31,613 nucleotides of DNA. It comes from a virus. Taxonomy: Duplodnaviria; Caudoviricetes. Positions 1-6,558 of this stretch are shown piece by piece. The translations under genes were made by a program, and so were the position numbers. Numbering within the stretch: position 1 is the first letter of the stretch; each line of letters begins with the position of its first letter. The stretch is from the IMG/VR virus record IMGVR_UViG_3300036987_000210, positions 1 through 31,613 of that record; one strand, written 5' to 3'. Under the pieces are notes generated by a model. The model was not told where the DNA came from and made no database searches. It worked only from the letters and a program-made list of their open reading frames with translations.

Positions 1-75
1 CAGCCCAGGAAGAGCCCAAAATAGGCGATTTTGCGGCTGAAATGGCATAGAGAGTAGTAGTAGTAGCACTTTCAG

Positions 76-105
76 CTTGACTTATTCGGGCTGCAGCGGC
101 GTAAT
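76..105 (+). promoter_or_regulatory. Promoter TTGACT-N17-CGTAAT (copy A1)
   Basis: CTTGACTTATTCGGGCTGCAGCGGCGTAAT, 25/30 identical to 10002-10031; followed by SD AGGAG and ATG 129. Confidence 0.7.
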
Positions 106-128
106 GTCGCCCCGAAAAGGAGACCTTT

Positions 129-947
129 ATGACAACGGATAAAACAGAAAGACCAGGCTTTGAGATCGGGCGTTGGTTGGTGTATGGCGCCGCAGCATTT
201 CAGGCATATCACATGGGCAGGGCGTTCCATGTGTACGATCCTGACGGCTGGCATTTTATGAGCGTGAACTTTGGCGGGCTGATATTGGGAGCCATCCTGA
301 ATGTGATCGTAGCCCAAACAGCAGTGCAGCTGCCAGGCATTTCTGCAACCTTCGCGTCACTCAAAGAGTTATTGCCGAAGGCATCGAAGAAAGCAGACAA
401 GAAGGATGAGCAGGCACGCTCACGCGCCTTGAAAAAGTTGACACTGGCGATGAAGCAGAACGCTTACTCACAGGTGGGCTTTTATGTCCTGCTGCTTTTC
501 TCAGCCCTGATGGTGGCACCTGCACTGTATATCTTATGGACAAAGACACTGCCATTCCACCCGATCTTCATCGGGATCATGGCGGGGGTTGGCGCGGTCG
601 CTCCAGATATCGCTATCACGGTCGGTGGTTTCGCTGCCAGCGATGGTGAGCGACGCTCAGCGACCAAACCAGCGACGGTCAGCGACGCTGGCAGCGTCGC
701 TAAGCGACCACCAGCGACACTCAAAGGTCGCTCAGCGAAGAAATCAGCGACAGTGACCGTCGCTGGAGCGAATGAAGCGAAGATTTATCGGTGCGTTTGC
801 GGCGAAATGACCACAACGAACCGATACGAATACAGCGGTCACGCTCGCACATGCGAGAAATTCAAAGCCTTCAAAGCAGCGGGGAAAGCAATACCTGTTG
901 ACCTGTCAGCGACGCCAGCGAAGATTGAGCGAGGCGGTGAGCGATGA
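129..947 (+). CDS. Membrane protein (about 4 TM helices) with low-complexity linker and C-terminal CxC...HxxxC Zn-finger-like domain
   Basis: SD AGGAG; hydrophobic segments; CVCGEMTTTNRYEYSGHARTC; ATGA overlap with next gene. Confidence 0.8.
   Translation: MTTDKTERPGFEIGRWLVYGAAAFQAYHMGRAFHVYDPDGWHFMSVNFGGLILGAILNVIVAQTAVQLPGISATFASLKELLPKASKKADKKDEQARSRALKKLTLAMKQNAYSQVGFYVLLLFSALMVAPALYILWTKTLPFHPIFIGIMAGVGAVAPDIAITVGGFAASDGERRSATKPATVSDAGSVAKRPPATLKGRSAKKSATVTVAGANEAKIYRCVCGEMTTTNRYEYSGHARTCEKFKAFKAAGKAIPVDLSATPAKIERGGER
594..784. repeat. Helically phased array of AGCG(A/T)CGCT full and half sites
   Basis: Units start at 639,649,659,671,681,693,703,713,724,734,746,756,767,776; upstream half sites at 594,606,627; second cluster at 908,917,928,940. 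Confidence 0.85.
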
Positions 948-1786
948 GTGGATTGATCGTCGGTCTGGTATTACGGCACCCAATCACTGAAAAGTTCAAC
1001 AGTGACGCGAAGTTCATCGCCACGGTGTATGCCGACCATGCCTGGGAGGATGGCACGCATGCCTACCCAGCAGTAGAGACAGTGGCAGGGATCACAGGCT
1101 TGTCATCACGCACTGTGCAGCGTTATCTGCGAGTGCTGGAAGATATCGGCATGCTGATCCCAAATGGCAAGGGTCCGCGCGGCACAAATCGGTATGACTT
1201 CCCACTTCAAAGCAATGAGGATGGCTCGGTGAGGCTGGCAGTCAAGGGGGGTGTCACTGTGTCACCCCCACCTGAACAACCAGAAGCAGCGGATTCGGGT
1301 GACAGGCTGTCACCCCGTCAGGCTGACGGGGGTGACAGGGAATCGGGTGACACGGAATCGGGTGACACTAGTGTCACCCAAACAAACAACCCGTCATTAG
1401 ATCTTGTTGTTAAAGGCGCCGACTTCGCCAAGGTTGCGAAGTTCTACGAGCAGGAGATTGGCGCACTCACGCCGCTGATCGCTGATGCGATCCGTGACGC
1501 ATGCACAGAGTATCCGCCAGACTGGATCCCCGAGGCGATCAGCATCGCGGTGGAGTCCAACGCTCGCAACTGGAAGTATGTGCTGGCGATCTTGAAAAAC
1601 TGCAAGTCAAAAGGCAAACGACCGTCACTCAACAAACTGGAGGCTAAACATGGCAACAATCGGACAGGCAATTCAGCAGGCACAAAACCCAAAGGATCGA
1701 CGCAGGCAGGAGCTCCCGCCTACAGCGACGCCGACCGCGCCGCAGCAGAGCGGGTCAGGGCGAGGCAGCATGGCAAAGTGTCCTGA
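944..1786 (+). CDS. Phage replication initiator (N-terminal winged HTH, C-terminal DnaD/DnaB_2 domain)
   Basis: AYPAVETVAGITGLSSRTVQRYLRVLE HTH; FYEQEIG...AVESNARNWKYVLAILKN DnaD-like motif; upstream of a DnaC-like ATPase. Confidence 0.88.
   Translation: MSGLIVGLVLRHPITEKFNSDAKFIATVYADHAWEDGTHAYPAVETVAGITGLSSRTVQRYLRVLEDIGMLIPNGKGPRGTNRYDFPLQSNEDGSVRLAVKGGVTVSPPPEQPEAADSGDRLSPRQADGGDRESGDTESGDTSVTQTNNPSLDLVVKGADFAKVAKFYEQEIGALTPLIADAIRDACTEYPPDWIPEAISIAVESNARNWKYVLAILKNCKSKGKRPSLNKLEAKHGNNRTGNSAGTKPKGSTQAGAPAYSDADRAAAERVRARQHGKVS
1246..1390. repeat. Putative phage origin: GGTGACA/TGTCACC iterons inside the initiator gene
   Basis: GGA(A/T)TCGGGTGACA at 1291, 1339, 1354; perfect palindrome GGGTGACACTAGTGTCACCC at 1360-1379; inverted pair 1297-1315; A-rich tract follows. 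Confidence 0.75.
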
Positions 1787-2447
1787 GTGCGGCGGCGCTC
1801 GCTATTTTCGGTACAACGTTTCAATCGGTCACCCGATGTTCGGAAAGGTGCTGCCGTGCCCGATCTGCAACAAGGATGCGGTGGCATCAGCAACAGGGCT
1901 CAACCCAAAAGAGCGCATGATCACGTTCGCCGATCTGGAGACCGATGGACGACCAGGCGCGGCACGGATGGTGCAGGCAGCGGAGGATTTCCTGAAAGAG
2001 TGCGCTGGTTTCCTGACGATCCACGGCGAGTATGGCAACGGCAAAACGACCCTGCTGAAGGCGATTGTCAATGCTTGTGTGGATAAGGGTATCTCGGCAC
2101 GATATACGACCATGAGCGAGGTCATGGCATACGCCCGTGAAGCATTTGACAGTGTGCAGCAGGGTGACAGTGATTATGGGCGCATCACGAAACTGGCGCA
2201 GGTTGAGGTGCTGGTGATCGATGAGATGGACAAGGCCCGCGTGACTGAATACGCCCGAGAGGTACAGACGCATTTGTTTGATGTCCGCTACCGACAGAGC
2301 CATGTGGTTGGCACGGTCGTGGCTTGGAATGGACCCTTCGAGGCAATTGACCTGCCCTGGGTGATCAGCCGCCTGAGCCAGTTCATGGTGGTGGAGAACA
2401 ACGATAAAGACATGCGACCCTTGCTGGGGTCAAGGAGCCAATCATGA
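1650..2447 (+). CDS. DnaC/IstB-like AAA+ helicase loader (start 1650 or 1770)
   Basis: Zn motif CPECGG...CPIC; Walker A GEYGNGKT; Walker B VLVIDE. Confidence 0.9.
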   Translation: MATIGQAIQQAQNPKDRRRQELPPTATPTAPQQSGSGRGSMAKCPECGGARYFRYNVSIGHPMFGKVLPCPICNKDAVASATGLNPKERMITFADLETDGRPGAARMVQAAEDFLKECAGFLTIHGEYGNGKTTLLKAIVNACVDKGISARYTTMSEVMAYAREAFDSVQQGDSDYGRITKLAQVEVLVIDEMDKARVTEYAREVQTHLFDVRYRQSHVVGTVVAWNGPFEAIDLPWVISRLSQFMVVENNDKDMRPLLGSRSQS

Positions 2448-2917
2448 CACAAGTGGTGAGCAATATCGATGATGTCCGCGAGCGGATCATGCAGTTGGAG
2501 TCTGCGGCGGTGTTTGATCAGACCGCGTGGTGGCAGGTACTTGCCGACCTGTCTGCAGCTGGGCGGGTGGCAGGGCTCGAGGATGCGAAGCGACGCATGG
2601 AGACGGCGAAGGAGAATCAATATTTTGTGGGTGTGGATGTGGCAAGTGGTGCCGACCAGACAGTGATCAGCGTTTCTGTGGAAACAGTAGCAGGTGAGTG
2701 GAGACATCAAGACTGGTTGCACAGTTCTGAAGGTTTACCTGACTTCGAAGAGGCTGACCGCCGAAATCACCTTGATGCGGGTGATCGATGGTGCGGTATT
2801 TGTGAAGATTGGATTGGAAAACATGAACTGCGCCGTTGGAGCGGTGATGATCAATTGCATTTGCTGTGTCCTGGCTGCGGAGCCGACATGGTTCAACCTG
2901 TATCTTTGGAGGCATAG
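2444..2917 (+). CDS. Hypothetical protein with C-terminal Zn ribbon (CGIC...CPGC)
   Basis: SD AGGAG; ATGA overlap with previous gene. Confidence 0.65.
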   Translation: MTQVVSNIDDVRERIMQLESAAVFDQTAWWQVLADLSAAGRVAGLEDAKRRMETAKENQYFVGVDVASGADQTVISVSVETVAGEWRHQDWLHSSEGLPDFEEADRRNHLDAGDRWCGICEDWIGKHELRRWSGDDQLHLLCPGCGADMVQPVSLEA

Positions 2918-2920
2918 AAC

Positions 2921-3364
2921 ATGGCTAAATATTCTGGAAGTGAATGGGTTCAAGGAAATATTCATGCCAAGGGACAGCAAATGTCCCAGTTAGGCAAAGA
3001 TGTTGCTGACCTTTTGGGTGAATTGTTTTATGGCATCTATCACATATCGCCTAAGTCCTTGAGCAAAGTTGATTGGAGCAATCCACATTGGGTTGAAATC
3101 ACTATTGGTTATAAAGACTTTTCAACGACTGACTTCGACGACCTGACCCGCTTAGTGTTTCTTGCTCACCATACTGCTATTCGTGTGTCTCTTGATGCAG
3201 TTGCACGTCAGCATATTAGATTGATATTTCACCGTCGGGAACGGGTTGGCCATTATTCAAGCCGTCACCCGTACTTGGATGAGGCGGTCAAACGATTTAA
3301 GGATAACGTCTCGTTACCTGAATACGATAAAGATGTTGAACCGACACCAGCACCACAGGACTGA
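2921..3364 (+). CDS. Hypothetical phage protein
   Basis: SD GGAGG; 147 aa in operon context; lower GC than neighbours. Confidence 0.75.
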   Translation: MAKYSGSEWVQGNIHAKGQQMSQLGKDVADLLGELFYGIYHISPKSLSKVDWSNPHWVEITIGYKDFSTTDFDDLTRLVFLAHHTAIRVSLDAVARQHIRLIFHRRERVGHYSSRHPYLDEAVKRFKDNVSLPEYDKDVEPTPAPQD

Positions 3365-3367
3365 ACT

Positions 3368-3697
3368 ATGCCAGCAAATGAGCGCAGGTTTTTTCTTTGC
3401 ACAGGTCAGTGCGTGGAATACAAAGACCTTTACAAGTACCCGCAGAGTCACATTCTCGGTGAGTTGCGCTACGTCACCGATGAGGGGCGACGGGTGACGG
3501 CTCTGGCACTGTACGAGATTCCAGTTAGCGCTGCTGAGGTCCCACCGCTCAAGCCGAGCATCATCGTCCACATTGTGGGAGATGCGCGGATGATCAGGTG
3601 CAGGTTTGCCGACTGCACCAGGTCAGAGCGTTGGGAGATTGGGAAGGCAGCGTTTCAACAGCTTATGCAGAGATACGCGAAGGAGTCTGTTGTATAA
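3368..3697 (+). CDS. Hypothetical protein, possibly Zn-binding; last gene before the late leader
   Basis: 109 aa, two CxxxC/CxxxxC pairs, tight operon spacing. Confidence 0.7.
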   Translation: MPANERRFFLCTGQCVEYKDLYKYPQSHILGELRYVTDEGRRVTALALYEIPVSAAEVPPLKPSIIVHIVGDARMIRCRFADCTRSERWEIGKAAFQQLMQRYAKESVV

Positions 3698-3815
3698 TAA
3701 AATCTGAAAGGAGGCACAACAACTAAATAAACTTTTGCAGTCCTGGTCAGGTACCGGGACACCCATTCGGAAATGATGCGCCCGAAGACTCAATTGAGTC
3801 TTCGGGCGTTTTTGT
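3693..3815 (+). promoter_or_regulatory. Late leader 1: -10 TATAAT, AACTAAATA box, GCAGTC hairpin, terminator
   Basis: Same elements in the same order as 10378-10503. Confidence 0.65.
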
Positions 3816-3817
3816 TT
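3779..3817 (+). terminator. Intrinsic terminator/attenuator
   Basis: Perfect 30-bp palindrome CGCCCGAAGACTCAATTGAGTCTTCGGGCG followed by TTTTTGTTT. Confidence 0.8.
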
Positions 3818-3846
3818 CCACAGTCAAATCATAAGGAGATGTTCGT

Positions 3847-4290
3847 ATGAAGTTCAATCTTGAAAATGCCCTTTTTGCACTCGGCTGGAATCTGGGCTTG
3901 ATTGCTGTATTTTCTGCCGTGCTTTTGCTGTTTGGCGTTGATCTTGAAATGGTGTTGACCATTGCAGGTGCCATGTTTGGCCTGCAGCTGCTCATCAGCT
4001 TGGGCGTGGATGTGCTCAAGTGGGCAGGTGTGATCAATGATGGCACCGCAGGCAAATGGTCTGCTGCACTTAACCTGCTCGGTTTGGCATTCATCGCTGT
4101 GACTTTGGCGGTAAATCCCTTGTTCGACTTCGCTGCACTGGATGCTCAACTGGTCGATATCGCCAAGTTCCTCACACTTATCTTCGGCTACATCGTGCAG
4201 ATCGCAGGCACCAAACGTGTGCATCAGTTCAATGCTTATGGTCTTGGTGTGAAGGTGTTCAGCAACAAGGCAAAGCCTATCCTTGCCTAG
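3847..4290 (+). CDS. Multi-TM membrane protein, holin-like
   Basis: SD AGGAG; about 4 hydrophobic segments, basic C-terminus; first gene of late operon 1. Confidence 0.6.
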   Translation: MKFNLENALFALGWNLGLIAVFSAVLLLFGVDLEMVLTIAGAMFGLQLLISLGVDVLKWAGVINDGTAGKWSAALNLLGLAFIAVTLAVNPLFDFAALDAQLVDIAKFLTLIFGYIVQIAGTKRVHQFNAYGLGVKVFSNKAKPILA

Positions 4291-4660
4291 GAAACCACCA
4301 CGTCCATGCCATGTGGCTGGATGCCCTGAGTTGATATATGACGGGGGTGACTGTCCACGTCACCCTCGTCAACGTGACAGGCGCATACGAGAGACACCAC
4401 GTCCCTCAGCTGCTGCACGTGGCTATGGTCGCGCTTGGAAAGCTAAGCGCGATGAATGGTCAAAGTCACATCCACACTGTGCCGACCCGTTCGGCTTTCA
4501 CCCAGGTCGACGTGTGCCAATGCGCATCGTTGACCACATCATCCCTCTCAAATCTGGAGGCAGAGACGATGCAAGCAACTACCAATCACTCTGTGGCGCA
4601 TGCCACAACTATAAGACTGCACACGATGGCAGTCGCAACAGGGGAAGGGGTAGGGGCTAA
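4283..4660 (+). CDS. HNH endonuclease (terminase-associated, HK97 gp74-like)
   Basis: RPSAAARGYG, VDHIIP...N.QSLC..CHNYKT; directly upstream of terS. Confidence 0.92.
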   Translation: MPRKPPRPCHVAGCPELIYDGGDCPRHPRQRDRRIRETPRPSAAARGYGRAWKAKRDEWSKSHPHCADPFGFHPGRRVPMRIVDHIIPLKSGGRDDASNYQSLCGACHNYKTAHDGSRNRGRGRG

Positions 4661-4740
4661 GAAAGTTTTGACTTGGGGGCGGAGACCGGCGGGGCAGTCA
4701 TGCGCGTGTACCCGCGAAATTAGGCAGGGGGGGGTATAGG
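4640..4740. other. Probable cos/packaging region
   Basis: G-run-rich segment between HNH and terS (GACCGGCGGGG...CCCGCGAAATT...GGGGGGGG), the usual cos position in HNH/P27-terS phages. Confidence 0.5.
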
Positions 4741-4747
4741 CGGATGA

Positions 4748-5224
4748 ATGCAAGGACGGAAGCCAAAACCCACTGCGCTCAAGATGCTGGCTGGCAATCC
4801 TGGGAAGCGTGCGCTCAATCGCGCTGAACCCAAGCCAAGAGTCGTATTGCCAAAACCACCGGATCATTTGAGTGATGACGAAAAAGAAAAATGGAAGATA
4901 ACGGTGCGCGAGCTGCATCCACTTGGACTGGTAACCACCATCGACAAGGATGCGCTCGCAATGTATTGCACGATCTACGTGCGATGGGTCAAGGCAGAGC
5001 GGATGGTCCGCGACAAAGGCGAGATTATCAAAACTGCGGCAGGGAATATCATCCAGAATCCCTACCTCTCGATTGCAAATCGCGCGCTTGACCAACTCAA
5101 CAAACTGGGCGCCGAGTTCGGCATGACGCCATCGAGCAGGTCCCGCGTCAAAGCGGACATGGTCGACCCAGATCGTGAACTTGAAAAGATGCTGTTTGGA
5201 CAGCGAGTGAGTGTATCAAGATGA
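4748..5224 (+). CDS. terS: Terminase small subunit, P27 family (copy 1)
   Basis: GRKPKPTALK..GNPGKR, NPYL, EFGMTPSSRSR. Confidence 0.92.
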   Translation: MQGRKPKPTALKMLAGNPGKRALNRAEPKPRVVLPKPPDHLSDDEKEKWKITVRELHPLGLVTTIDKDALAMYCTIYVRWVKAERMVRDKGEIIKTAAGNIIQNPYLSIANRALDQLNKLGAEFGMTPSSRSRVKADMVDPDRELEKMLFGQRVSVSR

Positions 5225-6558
5225 CAGATGAACTCAACTGTATTGCTGAAGGGCTAAGAGTCCTGGCAGTTCCGATCGACGAACTGCACGTGGACCCTGC
5301 CAATGCGCGGACAGGTCACGCCTTGGACCGCATCGCGGCATCGCTCAAGGCATACGGTCAACGCAAGCCAATCATTGCTAACCGCCTGCAACAGGGCAAG
5401 ATCGAAGCAGGCAATGGGACATGGCTCGCAGCCAAGAAACTGGGCTGGAGTCATATTGCTGTTTTATATGTGGACGATGATCCAGCAACCGCGGCAGCCT
5501 ATGGTATTGCCGACAATCGACTTGGTGACATGAGCACGTGGGACTTGGATGCACTCGGCGCATTGATGCCCACCATCGAAGAATTATTCACCGGCTTTAC
5601 TGAAGGTGAGATCCGCGATGTGCTCGGTGAACGTGGCGGTGGTTTGATGGTGGATCCAGGTCCGCAAGATGAAGACGATAACAAGCTGAAAGAGCTGCAG
5701 GAAAAATGGGGAACTGCACCAGGGCAAACTTGGGCAGTGGGCAGGCACATCCTGCACTGCGGAGATTCCACTCAACTTGATATCGAAGGCCTCGGCTGGG
5801 TGGGAGCTGCAGCGCTGACCGTAACGTCACCGCCTTATTGGGTAGGCAAGGAATACGAACGTGAAAAGAGTGAAGCGGAGATCGATGAGTTTATCGGTCG
5901 CGTAACTGCCATCATGGCCAAGGTCACCCGCGTGGATGAGTCTCGCATCGTGATCAATACCAGCACTGGCTTCACGACCGCCTTCGATAAAAAGAAAAAG
6001 CGGCAGGTGCTGCTGCTGATCGACAAGTGGATGAACGCGCTCTATCCTCTCGGCTGGAACTTGCGCCATGTGCGCCACTGGCTGAAGGAAGGACAGCTTG
6101 CATCCGTATCTCCAAAGACTGATCTGATCGACCAGCACAGTGAGTTCTTCGGCACGTTCGAACATGATGATGGCGAAGAGATCCACTTCGACGACGTGCT
6201 CAATGAGCAGGATGTGAACCTGCTCGAAACCTTTTATAGCCGCCACGGCAAGAGTCGTGGACAGGAACGCACTGGTCAGAAGTGGGCGCTGCGTTCGTAC
6301 TGGGATGACATCAAAGGCACTGCCGGTGCGAATGGCCACATCGCTGCATTCCCGTTGGAGATCCCAGCGCGGCACATCCTGCTTTACACCAAGCCAGGTG
6401 AGACAGTCTTCGAACCGTTCAGTGGATCCGGCACGACGCTGATCGCCTGCGAAGTGCTGAACCGTGAATGCCTTGCAAACGAGATTGACCCTGCTTATTT
6501 GGCTGCCAGTTTGGAACGCTGGCATGTCATGACTGGCAACATGCCGGAGTTGTTATGA
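5221..6558 (+). CDS. ParB-like domain + beta-class DNA methyltransferase (SPPY, likely N4-C)
   Basis: N-terminal DPANAR...AGNG...ADNR; TSPPY; AAFP; EPFSGSGTT. Confidence 0.9.
   Translation: MTDELNCIAEGLRVLAVPIDELHVDPANARTGHALDRIAASLKAYGQRKPIIANRLQQGKIEAGNGTWLAAKKLGWSHIAVLYVDDDPATAAAYGIADNRLGDMSTWDLDALGALMPTIEELFTGFTEGEIRDVLGERGGGLMVDPGPQDEDDNKLKELQEKWGTAPGQTWAVGRHILHCGDSTQLDIEGLGWVGAAALTVTSPPYWVGKEYEREKSEAEIDEFIGRVTAIMAKVTRVDESRIVINTSTGFTTAFDKKKKRQVLLLIDKWMNALYPLGWNLRHVRHWLKEGQLASVSPKTDLIDQHSEFFGTFEHDDGEEIHFDDVLNEQDVNLLETFYSRHGKSRGQERTGQKWALRSYWDDIKGTAGANGHIAAFPLEIPARHILLYTKPGETVFEPFSGSGTTLIACEVLNRECLANEIDPAYLAASLERWHVMTGNMPELL

Noticed and set aside
52-66. Short (AGT/TAG)n microsatellite
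   Set aside because: Only about 4 units, intergenic, no supportable function
639-784. AGCGAC repeats as a CRISPR array or peptide repeat
   Set aside because: Units are 5-9 bp with no spacers, and they fall in different reading frames
3707-3714. Strong SD AAAGGAGG suggesting a leader peptide
   Set aside because: No start codon at usable spacing; may belong to the leader RNA but is absent from copy 2
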